Positions 29,314 to 37,875 of a stretch of 64,000 nucleotides of DNA are shown in pieces. How positions within the stretch are numbered: position 1 is the first letter of the stretch; the number at the start of each line of letters is the position of its first letter. Origin of the DNA: Methylococcaceae bacterium (GTDB lineage Bacteria; Pseudomonadota; Gammaproteobacteria; Methylococcales; Methylomonadaceae). Both the position numbers and the translations under genes were made by a program. Location of the stretch: NCBI GenBank assembly GCA_012959905.1, contig DUCI01000090.1, forward strand, positions 4,384-68,383, read 5' to 3'. Below the pieces are notes generated by a model. That model searched no databases, was not told the DNA's origin, and saw only the letters and a program-made list of their open reading frames with translations.

Positions 29314-30044
29314 AGGAGCATTCCGTAAAGCATGACAAATATGATCGGCGTGAGCGAGGCAAAAGCAATTAGCCCAAAACCATCGGTCATAGGGTTTCTG
29401 CCTTTAATGGCTTTGGCAAGCCCAATACCCAGAGCGGTTACTAAGGGGACGGTAATGGTTGAAGTCGTAACACCGCCGGTATCGTAAGCAATGCCGACAA
29501 TATGTTTCGGCGCAAAAGGGGTGATGATGATAATAACTAAATAGCCAAAAATAATCAGGTGGTGTAATTTCCAGCCGTGGATGATTCTTAATACCCCGAT
29601 GAGTATGGCAAGGCCGACAGATAAGGCCACTGTAATCCGAAGGCCGAGCGCATATTGCAAAACGGTTGTTGTAGAGTTTTCAAGTAGCCCTTCGTTTTGG
29701 GCAATTTTGGCGGCCTCATTGGCAATCGCAATTAAGGCAGGTTCCGCAATTGTCGTACTAAAGCCTAAACAAAAAGAAAAACAAAGTAGCCAGAAAAGAC
29801 TGCCTTTTTGAGCAAAGGCTTGCGCCATTGACTCGCCAATAGGAAAGAGGCTTTGTTCTAATCCTTGAATAAATAACGTTAAGCCAAGAACAATAAAAAG
29901 AATACCGCTAATCAGGTTAATGAGGTCTGGGATGGGTTGCTTTATGATGAAGAACTGAAAAATGAGGATGACCGACACCATGGGGGTTAGGTCTGCAAAA
30001 CTGCGAAATATCTGGGTGATAAAGCGATTTCTTAAGGCGGCCAT
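29310..30044 (-). CDS. DUF1538 family membrane protein (paralog A)
   Basis: 244 aa with the same block structure (GLEQSLFPIGESMAQ, TIAEPALIA, YDTGGVTTSTITVPLVTALGIGLA, DGFGLIAFASL). Confidence 0.7.
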   Translation of the reverse strand: MAALRNRFITQIFRSFADLTPMVSVILIFQFFIIKQPIPDLINLISGILFIVLGLTLFIQGLEQSLFPIGESMAQAFAQKGSLFWLLCFSFCLGFSTTIAEPALIAIANEAAKIAQNEGLLENSTTTVLQYALGLRITVALSVGLAILIGVLRIIHGWKLHHLIIFGYLVIIIITPFAPKHIVGIAYDTGGVTTSTITVPLVTALGIGLAKAIKGRNPMTDGFGLIAFASLTPIIFVMLYGMLL

Positions 30045-30080
30045 GAGTAGTGTAATCCAAAAAGTTTTTTACAGAACCAT

Positions 30081-30181
30081 CAGGGGTCATCCTATCACAG
30101 AACAAAACAAAGGACTTAGGCTGTTATTAAAAGTATATTGTTTGCAGTTTCTAGCTTAGGTGATGGGTTAAATGACCCCTG
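30081..30181. repeat. Long-range interrupted inverted repeat (10 + 8 bp) enclosing about 61 nt
   Basis: caggggtcat (30081-30090) pairs with atgacccctg (30172-30181). cctatcac (30091-30098) pairs with gtgatggg (30160-30167), with one G-T pair on the plus strand and a 4-nt bulge ttaa. Confidence 0.7.
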
Positions 30182-30211
30182 AGTGTCAATGCTGGGTGAC
30201 GTTGAAGTTAG

Positions 30212-30238
30212 ATTTTAACAGGCGATTAGCCGTAGCAA
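30212..30238 (-). promoter_or_regulatory. Putative extended -10 promoter for the DUF1538 operon
   Basis: Minus strand reads TTGCTA (30238-30233), a 15-nt spacer ending in TGT, then TAAAAT (30217-30212). This would give a leader of roughly 160 nt containing the 30081-30181 helix. Confidence 0.35.
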
Positions 30239-30427
30239 GACAGTGTCATTTGGAGTGTTTTTTAGTCGATGGATCGGCTCTCTAAGTAGGAAGTAATCAA
30301 GGATAAAAACAATTTTATCGGTCATTAGGTTATTGCTAATGTTATGGTTTCCGTTGTGTCGATGATAAATAGTCGTTGACTAAGAATTAATAGCTTCGTT
30401 TAATAGTAGCGAGCAATCAATAGCCTT

Positions 30428-30445
30428 ACGTCATCATTGGGTCAT
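30428..30445 (+). promoter_or_regulatory. Pho box candidate upstream of phoB
   Basis: ACGTCAT-CATT-GGGTCAT followed by AATTT. This is two 7-nt direct repeats with an 11-nt period, as in the E. coli consensus CTGTCAT-AAAA-CTGTCAT. Lies 39 nt upstream of the phoB ATG. Confidence 0.5.
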
Positions 30446-30483
30446 AATTTACAAGGGCCGTTTATTTTAAATAAGGGGAGTTT

Positions 30484-31170
30484 ATGAATTCTGCCAAAAT
30501 ATTGGTGGTTGAAGATGAAGAACCAATCAGGCAAATGTTGCTTATCGTTCTGAAGAATGCGGGCTTTGATGTTCAATGTGCTAAAGATGTCCGTGAGGCG
30601 CGAGAATTTATAGCCGAGTCAATGCCAGATTTGATTTTATTGGATTGGATGTTACCAGATATGAGCGGTATAGATTGGTGTCGCCAGTTAAAGAAAGACT
30701 TATCGTTAAATGAATTGCCGGTTATTTTATTAACAGCGAGAGGGGCTGAAGAAGATAAAATCAGAGGACTTGAAGTCGGTGCGGATGATTACATGACCAA
30801 GCCTTTCTCGCCCCGAGAAATGGTGGCTAGAATTAAAGCTGTGCTTAGGCGAGCAGGGAAGTCATTCACGAAGACTAAAGTTGTGGTGGGTCATTTAATA
30901 TTAGATATGGAGCGTTATCAATTGTCGTATCAAGGATGTGATGTTCCTCTAAGTCCAACCGAGTTTAAATTAATGAGGTTCTTTATGACACACCCCGGGA
31001 AAGTATACAATCGAGAACAACTGCTTGATAATGTCTGGGGGCGTACAGCTTATATAGAGGAGCGTACGGTTGACGTGCATATTCGACGACTTCGAAAGGT
31101 TTTGTCTGAACATGGTTGTGGTGATTTGGTTAAAACGGTTAGAGGCTTTGGTTATCGTTTTTCATTGTAG
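30484..31170 (+). CDS. phoB: Phosphate regulon response regulator PhoB
   Basis: Near-collinear with E. coli PhoB (ILVVEDEEPIR, LILLDWMLPDMSGI, GADDYMTKPFSPRE, TVDVHIRRLRK, VRGFGYRFS). Confidence 0.9.
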   Translation: MNSAKILVVEDEEPIRQMLLIVLKNAGFDVQCAKDVREAREFIAESMPDLILLDWMLPDMSGIDWCRQLKKDLSLNELPVILLTARGAEEDKIRGLEVGADDYMTKPFSPREMVARIKAVLRRAGKSFTKTKVVVGHLILDMERYQLSYQGCDVPLSPTEFKLMRFFMTHPGKVYNREQLLDNVWGRTAYIEERTVDVHIRRLRKVLSEHGCGDLVKTVRGFGYRFSL

Positions 31171-31179
31171 AGTGCTGTT

Positions 31180-32472
31180 ATGAGATTTTGGGTGTCAGCC
31201 CTTATTGAACTGCTTTGTTATCTATTGATTGCCGCCTTAGTCAGTGTCGTCTGGGGTCATTTTTTTATCTGGGCTTTTGTCGCATTATTAATACTTTTGG
31301 GGCATCAGTATTGGCAATTATCGCTACTGATAAAAAGGTTAGATACACATAAACTTAAAGGCAAGTCGAATGCTAAAGGCGTTTGGCATGGGGTCTATTT
31401 TTATTTGGATCGAGTTCATCGGCGACATCGTCAGACCAAAAAACGGTTAGGTAAGTTACTCAATCAATTTTACAAATCAACGGCCACCTTACCGGATGCA
31501 GCGATTGTTCTTAATGTAGATGATGAGATTGAGTGGTTTAATGATTCGGCTAGAGAACTGGTTGGGTTAAGGAAGAAAAATTTAGGTACTCATATTGCCC
31601 GTGTTGTTGACCACCCATTGTTGACAGCCTATTTGAGGAGTAGAGATCTAAGTGAAACGGCAGTCATTACGTCGCCAGTTAATAAAGGTATTTTTTTAGA
31701 GTTTAGGTTCTTAGTTTACAATAATGAACTGCGATTATTGTTGGCTCAAAATGTGACCAAATTAAAAAAATCTGAGGATATGCGGCGAGATTTTGTAGCC
31801 AATGTGTCACATGAATTACGAACACCTTTAACCGTTATTAAAGGTTATCTTGAGACCCTCCAAGATATGGACGAGGGGGGGTCGGAATTTTTAATAGATA
31901 GTTATTCTCGGATGACCCAACAGACTTCTCGAATGGAAGGGTTGATCGAGGATTTGTTGTTATTGGCACGTTTGGAATGCATAACGGAGGATAAGGGCGA
32001 CTTAGAGACATTAGAATCAGTAGATGTTGCCGCTGTACTCGAGCAGTTATGTCTTTCAGGAGATGCCTTTGATCCGCTCAATACTCGGATAAATCTATCG
32101 ATTGAGTCGGCATTGAGAATTCGGGGTAAGGAGAAAGATTTGGAGAGTGTATTTACCAATTTGATTGTTAATGCAATGAAGTACTCTGATGAAGATTCTA
32201 AAATAGAGGTGAGTTGGCAATCAGTTCCAGGGGGTGTTAAGTTTGAAGTGCAAGACTACGGTGACGGAATTGCTAAGGAACATATCGATCGGTTAACAGA
32301 ACGCTTTTATCGGGTTGATGTTGGGCGCAGTCGTGAAAAGGGCGGTACAGGTTTAGGGTTGGCTATTGCAAAGCATGTATTGGCGAATCATGATTCTAAA
32401 TTGCTCATCAGTAGCCAAGAAGGTGTCGGCAGTTCTTTTAGTTGTATTTTTCCCCATACCCGTTGTTGCTAA
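31180..32472 (+). CDS. phoR: Phosphate regulon sensor kinase PhoR
   Basis: Two N-terminal TM helices, a PAS region, DFVANVSHELRTPLTVIKGYLE and HATPase blocks. Lies immediately downstream of phoB. Confidence 0.85.
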   Translation: MRFWVSALIELLCYLLIAALVSVVWGHFFIWAFVALLILLGHQYWQLSLLIKRLDTHKLKGKSNAKGVWHGVYFYLDRVHRRHRQTKKRLGKLLNQFYKSTATLPDAAIVLNVDDEIEWFNDSARELVGLRKKNLGTHIARVVDHPLLTAYLRSRDLSETAVITSPVNKGIFLEFRFLVYNNELRLLLAQNVTKLKKSEDMRRDFVANVSHELRTPLTVIKGYLETLQDMDEGGSEFLIDSYSRMTQQTSRMEGLIEDLLLLARLECITEDKGDLETLESVDVAAVLEQLCLSGDAFDPLNTRINLSIESALRIRGKEKDLESVFTNLIVNAMKYSDEDSKIEVSWQSVPGGVKFEVQDYGDGIAKEHIDRLTERFYRVDVGRSREKGGTGLGLAIAKHVLANHDSKLLISSQEGVGSSFSCIFPHTRCC

Positions 32473-32575
32473 CGAAAGGTACTTTCTGTTTATCAGAGGA
32501 GATCCGGTCAAATCAATGGGTAACTATGGCATAATTAAATTCATTTAATGCTTTTGTAGGGTCAAGAGAGGACTT

Positions 32576-33298
32576 ATGCCGGTCGATATATTATTAACAG
32601 TTATCGCAACCTCAGTTATTCAATCCATATTTGGTGTGGGCGTTTTGTTATTTGGTACGCCATTATTGTTGTTGTTGGGGTATGAATTTTTAGATGCGTT
32701 GGTGATCTTGTTGCCAATATCTATTGCCATTAACTCCTTTCAAATTCTCAAGCACTATAGCTATATAGATCTTAGTTTTTATAAAAATGTTTTAATCTAT
32801 ACCATTCCTTTTGTGGTTTTGTTTTTGTTTATAGTCACGGCGGCTAAAATCAACATCGCATTGATAATCGGTTTGTTCTTAATTTTTGTTGCGTTGAAAA
32901 GTTATTCTTCCAAAGTTGAGAACATGATGATGTCGATGGTGAAGTATGAGAAAACTTATTTGGCCACGATGGGTGTTATTCATGGGTTAACGAATCTTGG
33001 TGGGTCGTTACTCACAGCAATTGTTCATGGTAAGCAGTATCAAAAGGATATGACACGGGTTACGGTAGCCGTCTGTTACGCGACTTTTGCAATTTTTCAA
33101 ATCGTTACGTTATTCTTTCTTCTGGACAGTTATGAGTTGTCATACAGTAATAATATGGCTTTTTTGCATGTTGGAGTCATTATGTTTTTATTAACTGAAG
33201 AAGTTGTTTATCAAAATATTGATAATGAAAAATACAGTAAGATTTTTGCGGCCTTTTTGTTTTTATCGGGGGTCGTATTGGTTTTTAAATCTTTTTAA
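32576..33298 (+). CDS. TauE/SafE (DUF81) family anion exporter-like membrane protein
   Basis: 240 aa with about seven TM helices. N-terminal SIFGVGVLLFGTPLLLLLG motif. Confidence 0.6.
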   Translation: MPVDILLTVIATSVIQSIFGVGVLLFGTPLLLLLGYEFLDALVILLPISIAINSFQILKHYSYIDLSFYKNVLIYTIPFVVLFLFIVTAAKINIALIIGLFLIFVALKSYSSKVENMMMSMVKYEKTYLATMGVIHGLTNLGGSLLTAIVHGKQYQKDMTRVTVAVCYATFAIFQIVTLFFLLDSYELSYSNNMAFLHVGVIMFLLTEEVVYQNIDNEKYSKIFAAFLFLSGVVLVFKSF

Positions 33299-33310
33299 TA
33301 GGATGGGTGG

Positions 33311-33859
33311 GTGACTCTGTTGCAAAAGTTAAGGCTCGTTTTTGTTGGTTTTTTGTTATGGGTGCTAACAACGAGTGCCCAGGCTTTTAGTTATACCGTG
33401 ACAGTCTCTGAGCAAGAACTGCAAGCGTATTTATCTCTTATTAAACCGCTGGAGAAGCGTAGCCGTTTATATCGTATTACGTTAAGTGATCCGCGAGTAA
33501 ACCTGATTCAGGGCGATGAGCGTATTCATTTTTCGGTGCAAATGGCTTTGAGTTTGTTGGGAGCCGTTCATAGTCAGGGCCGTGCTGAAGTGTCTGGTGA
33601 AGTGGAATATAACCCTGAGACCAGTCAATTTTTTTTGATTCGGCCTAAGGTTGAGGCTATTGAGGTGGCGGGTATTCCTGAGCGTACCAGTCAGAAAATT
33701 AAATCAGTTCTACAGAAGGTGATTGGTACCGCATTTAGTAAAGTGAAGGTTTATCAACTACAAGACCATGATGTTAAGCAAAAAATGCTAAAGGCTTTTT
33801 TAGAGTCGGTTGTTGTCGGTCAGGACGAGCAATTACGGTTAACGCTGAAAGTCTTTTAG
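33311..33859 (+). CDS. DUF1439 (YceB-like) periplasmic protein
   Basis: Signal peptide ending SAQA, then a pattern typical of DUF1439 (ISEQELQAYL...L.DP.V.L..GD.RI). GTG start. Confidence 0.55.
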   Translation: MTLLQKLRLVFVGFLLWVLTTSAQAFSYTVTVSEQELQAYLSLIKPLEKRSRLYRITLSDPRVNLIQGDERIHFSVQMALSLLGAVHSQGRAEVSGEVEYNPETSQFFLIRPKVEAIEVAGIPERTSQKIKSVLQKVIGTAFSKVKVYQLQDHDVKQKMLKAFLESVVVGQDEQLRLTLKVF

Positions 33860-33991
33860 GGTGAGGCCGGTGTTATAAAAGAAGCGTTCTACTGCAATGA
33901 TGGGCGACTCAAAGTAGTGGTGGATGGTTAGCAGTAAGATAGGGTTTGATCGTCTATTGATGGGTAACGGTCGTATGGTATAGGGCATTCA

Positions 33992-35119
33992 TTAATGCAC
34001 GAGGTTTAATAAAATCCCTGCGGCTACTGCCGAGCCAATGACACCGGCTACATTCGGGCCCATGGCGTGCATGAGTAGATGGTTATGTGGGTTATATTCT
34101 AGGCCGACTTTATTGGCTACTCGAGCCGCCATCGGTACAGCGGAAACACCGGCGGCACCAATTAAAGGATTAATCGGTGTTTTACTCAGCGCATTCATGA
34201 GTTTTGCCATGAGTACACCACAGGCTGTGCCAATGCAAAAGGCGATTGCACCTAAGGCCAGAATGCCCAATGTTTCGGGTTGAAGAAAGGCGTCGGCATT
34301 GAGCTTGGAGCCAACGGCAAGACCCAGAAAAATAGTAACAACATTAATCAATGCATTCTGGCTGGTATCACTGAGTCGGTCAACAACACCACAAGAACTC
34401 ATAAGATTACCAAAACAGAACATACCAATGAGTGGGGCTGCAGAAGGCAGTAACAATGCGGTTAAGAAGACGAGTACTAGTGGGAAAATGATTTTTTCTG
34501 TTTGGCTGACGTGCCGAAGTTGATGCATTTCAATTTTGCGTTCTTTGTCAGTGGTTAGGGCGCGCATGATAGGGGGTTGGATTAACGGAACCAGTGCCAT
34601 ATAGGAATAGGCGGCAACGGCAATGGCGCCGAGTAATTCTGGGGCCAATTTGGAGGCCACATAAATTGCCGTGGGTCCATCAGCACCCCCTATAATGGCG
34701 ATTGCAGCAGCATCTTTTAAGGAAAAATCTAATCCAGGAATAGCATTGAGTGCTAAGGCGCCAAGAAGCGTTGCAAAAATTCCGAATTGTGCGGCAGCCC
34801 CGAGTAGCAGTGTTTTAGGGTTAGCGAGCATTGGGCCAAAGTCCGTCATAGCACCCACGCCCATAAAAATAAGTAATGGAAAAATACCGGTTTTAATGCC
34901 GCCATATAAGTAGTCAAGAATACCCCCTGCTTCTGTCATGCCAGAACCGGGAATATTGCTTAAGATCGCGCCAAAACCAATGGGGAGCAGAAGCAGCGGT
35001 TCGAAGCCTTTTTTAATGGCAAGAAAGATCAGTAAAAAACCAACGGCAGTCATAATGGCTTGGCCACTTTCTAAATTATATATTCCGGTACTTTCCCAGA
35101 GTAAAGTTAGGTTTTCCAT
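33992..35119 (-). CDS. oadB: Oxaloacetate decarboxylase (Na+ pump) beta subunit
   Basis: 375 aa polytopic protein with [15 protein letters not shown] and IIGGADGPT blocks of the Na+-translocating decarboxylase beta family. Confidence 0.85.
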   Translation of the reverse strand: MENLTLLWESTGIYNLESGQAIMTAVGFLLIFLAIKKGFEPLLLLPIGFGAILSNIPGSGMTEAGGILDYLYGGIKTGIFPLLIFMGVGAMTDFGPMLANPKTLLLGAAAQFGIFATLLGALALNAIPGLDFSLKDAAAIAIIGGADGPTAIYVASKLAPELLGAIAVAAYSYMALVPLIQPPIMRALTTDKERKIEMHQLRHVSQTEKIIFPLVLVFLTALLLPSAAPLIGMFCFGNLMSSCGVVDRLSDTSQNALINVVTIFLGLAVGSKLNADAFLQPETLGILALGAIAFCIGTACGVLMAKLMNALSKTPINPLIGAAGVSAVPMAARVANKVGLEYNPHNHLLMHAMGPNVAGVIGSAVAAGILLNLVH

Positions 35120-35168
35120 GGTGTATTTTAAAAAATATTTTTAGGTAAGGATTAATTGTTAAGTAACG

Positions 35169-36947
35169 TTACAGGGTTATAAGAACTTGTCCTACGGTTA
35201 CGGCATCGCCTTCTTTGATATGAATAGCAGAAACAGTGCCGCCAACACGAGTTCGTATTTCCGTTTCCATTTTCATGGCTTCGAGGATAATGGTAATTTC
35301 ATTTTCCGCAATAGTAGCGCCGACAGTGGTGTTTATTTTGAAAATATTGCCAGCCATAGGCGAAGTTATAGTCTCTCCTGATGAGGGGGCCGTCGTTTGA
35401 GTTGGTTCAGAGTGGATCGCGGCAGGTTGGATATTAAAATCAGCATCGCCGGGTCCGACAGCAACGTGGTAGTTTTTACCTTCAACAGTGACGGTGTAGG
35501 TTTCGGTTTCAGTTGTCTGTGAGGATGCATTAGCTTTTGCAAAAGCCAATGCATCGGGCGCGGCTTCAAAGGCATCTGGGTTGCCACGGTTTTGGATGAA
35601 CTTCCAGCCGACCTGAAAAAACAAGCCGTCAATTAAGGCATCTTCTTCAATATTTTTGGCTAGGGTGACCTGGTGTTCTTTGGCCTTATTTTTAACCCCT
35701 TCAATGAGCTTATCCATTTCAGGCGATATTCTGTCTGCAGGGCGACATGTTATCGGGGGTTCGCCCTTCAGGACGCGTTCTTGTAAGGTTTTATTGACCG
35801 GAGCAGGTGTTGCGCCGTACTCACCCTTGAGAACGCCGGCTGACTCTTTTGTGATGGTTTTGTAGCGCTCGCCAGTAAGAATATTTATGACCGCTTGAGT
35901 GCCTACAATTTGTGACGTGGGTGTGACTAAAGGGATGAAGCCAAGATCTTCTCGGACACGAGGTATTTCATCTAAAACAGCATCAAATTTATCTGCGGCA
36001 CCTTGCTCTTTGAGTTGGATTTCCATATTGGTTAGCATGCCGCCCGGAACCTGGCTGATTAGAATTCGGCCATCTACGCCTTTTAGGCTACCCTCAAATT
36101 GGGCGTATTTTTTCCGAATAGCCCTAAAATAGGTAGCAATTTCTTCCAGTAAGGTCAAGTCAAGGCCGGTATGAGAGGCTTGATTTTGAAGGCTAGCAAC
36201 AATGGTTTCGGTCGGGCTATGGCCATAAGTCATGCTCAAAGATGAGATAGCCGTATCAACATTATCAACACCTGCTTCAATAGCTTTAATGTAAGTGCCA
36301 ACGCTGAGGCCGGTTGTGGCGTGACAGTGAAGGTGGATGGGGATGTCAACCTGAGCTTTGAGTTTGCTGATTAAGTCATAACCATCATAAGGGGTTAGTA
36401 GTCCTGCCATATCTTTGATGCAAATGGAATGGGCGCCCATGTCTTCAATTTGTTTACCTAAATCAACCCACAAATCAATATTATGAACGGGACTAACGGT
36501 ATAAGACAGAGTGCCTTGGGCGTGTTTGCCTGTTTCCAAGACGGCGTTAACCGCGCGCTTGATATTACGCATATCGTTCATCGCATCGAAAATCCGGAAA
36601 ACATCAATGCCATTAATGGCGCAGCGTTCAACAAATTTATCTACGACATCATCTGCGTAGTGGCGATAGCCAAGAATATTTTGCCCTCGAAATAACATTT
36701 GTTGAGGGGTGTTTGGCATGGCCGCCTTGAGTAGGCGTAACCGTTCCCACGGGTCTTCGCCTAAGTAACGAATACAGGCGTCAAATGTAGCGCCGCCCCA
36801 CGATTCGATCGACCAGTAACCCACTTGGTCTAGTTTTCCACAAATGGGTAACATATCTTCTATACGCAGACGGGTTGCCAGAATAGATTGATGGGCGTCA
36901 CGTAAGGCGACTTCGGTTATACCGATGGGTTTATTTGCTATTGCCAT
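35169..36947 (-). CDS. oadA: Oxaloacetate decarboxylase alpha subunit (carboxyltransferase + biotinyl domain)
   Basis: N-terminal ITEVALRDAHQS...FRIFDAMND carboxyltransferase region. C-terminal biotinylation motif EAMKMETEI. Confidence 0.9.
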   Translation of the reverse strand: MAIANKPIGITEVALRDAHQSILATRLRIEDMLPICGKLDQVGYWSIESWGGATFDACIRYLGEDPWERLRLLKAAMPNTPQQMLFRGQNILGYRHYADDVVDKFVERCAINGIDVFRIFDAMNDMRNIKRAVNAVLETGKHAQGTLSYTVSPVHNIDLWVDLGKQIEDMGAHSICIKDMAGLLTPYDGYDLISKLKAQVDIPIHLHCHATTGLSVGTYIKAIEAGVDNVDTAISSLSMTYGHSPTETIVASLQNQASHTGLDLTLLEEIATYFRAIRKKYAQFEGSLKGVDGRILISQVPGGMLTNMEIQLKEQGAADKFDAVLDEIPRVREDLGFIPLVTPTSQIVGTQAVINILTGERYKTITKESAGVLKGEYGATPAPVNKTLQERVLKGEPPITCRPADRISPEMDKLIEGVKNKAKEHQVTLAKNIEEDALIDGLFFQVGWKFIQNRGNPDAFEAAPDALAFAKANASSQTTETETYTVTVEGKNYHVAVGPGDADFNIQPAAIHSEPTQTTAPSSGETITSPMAGNIFKINTTVGATIAENEITIILEAMKMETEIRTRVGGTVSAIHIKEGDAVTVGQVLITL

Positions 36948-37029
36948 GTTCGTTTTCTCGGGTTCTTAACTTAAAGTTTGGTTATGCAACAGGCGGGTGA
37001 GGCGCCGACTTGTTTTTGCAAAAGGATTT

Positions 37030-37257
37030 CTATTGTTTTCTACGGTAGCGGTTTACAGCAAGGGTAATCGCAGCCACAATATTACTATCAATTTCCTGAG
37101 TTAGTGTTTCTGGTATGGTGTCTTTGGGGGGGGATTGAAATTGTTGTACACAAAAAGACATGACAGAAATACTGAAAATAAGTAACAGTAGGAATAGGAA
37201 TACAATGGTCATACCAAGACCCATTAATTCCAGCCCTAAGGAAATATTATTGCTCAT
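37030..37257 (-). CDS. oadG: Oxaloacetate decarboxylase gamma subunit
   Basis: 75 aa single-TM protein (GLELMGLGMTIVFLFLLLL) directly upstream of oadA. Confidence 0.75.
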   Translation of the reverse strand: MSNNISLGLELMGLGMTIVFLFLLLLIFSISVMSFCVQQFQSPPKDTIPETLTQEIDSNIVAAITLAVNRYRRKQ

Positions 37258-37476
37258 TGGCGCACTTTTCTTCGTTTTAGTTAAACTTTAGTGAGCTATA
37301 TTATAGCATTCTATGAAATATAGATAAATTGTATTCAGTGGTGCGTTATTGTACAAAATAACTGATCTAATTGAATAGGTTAGGGGGGTATTTTTTGTGA
37401 TTTATTGTGGGTTAAAAGAAGCCGGTAACGCTTTTTAATGGCCAATTAAGCTAAAGTAAAAAGAATAGAGAGTGAT

Positions 37477-37875
37477 ATGACTAAAAAACAAGTCAGTGAA
37501 GAGGAATGGAAAGAGCGGCTAACACCTGAGCAGTATGCAGTTTGTCGTGAGAAAGGTACGGAGGCGTCTTTTGTTGGGGGTTATACGAATTGCCATGATA
37601 ACGGCATTTATCATTGTGCTTGTTGCGATCAGCCTTTATTCGATTCAATGACAAAATTTGATTCAGGATCAGGCTGGCCTAGTTTCTGGGATGTTTTGAG
37701 TGCTGACAAGGTTTGCCATATTGACGATACGAGTCACGGTATGCGACGGGTAGAAATTACTTGTCAGCATTGTGATGCGCATTTAGGGCATGTTTTTGAA
37801 GATGGCCCGAAACCTACCGGGCTACGGTATTGTGTTAATTCAATTTCACTGCGTTTGGAAAAAGCTGATGAATAA
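37477..37875 (+). CDS. msrB: Peptide-methionine (R)-S-oxide reductase
   Basis: Two CxxC zinc motifs (CACC, CQHC), GSGWPSF and the catalytic RYCVNS. Confidence 0.9.
   Translation: MTKKQVSEEEWKERLTPEQYAVCREKGTEASFVGGYTNCHDNGIYHCACCDQPLFDSMTKFDSGSGWPSFWDVLSADKVCHIDDTSHGMRRVEITCQHCDAHLGHVFEDGPKPTGLRYCVNSISLRLEKADE

Noticed and set aside
32576-33298. A visibly AT-rich TauE-like gene (about 35-37 percent G+C in two 60-nt lines I counted by hand) as a possible horizontally acquired island.
   Set aside because: The protein is extremely rich in Phe, Ile, Leu and Lys, which are encoded by AT-rich codons. No flanking repeats, tRNA or integrase are present. Composition alone is not evidence, and I did not compute window-wide statistics.
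37340-37367. A dif-like site, GGTGCGTTATT-GTACAA-AATAACTGATC, in the oadG-msrB intergenic region. xerC is present in the window.
   Set aside because: Only the GGTGCG of the XerC arm matches the gammaproteobacterial dif consensus GGTGCGCATAA-TGTATA-TTATGTTAAAT. The inner arms are in the opposite orientation (TTATT..AATAA instead of ATAA..TTAT) and the XerD arm does not match.
37790-37867. An upstream in-frame start extending the M18 aminopeptidase by 26 aa into msrB.
   Set aside because: The extension (MFLKMARNLPGYGIVLIQFHCVWKKL) lies inside the msrB coding sequence and has no homology. Similarity to the family begins at the ATG at 37868.
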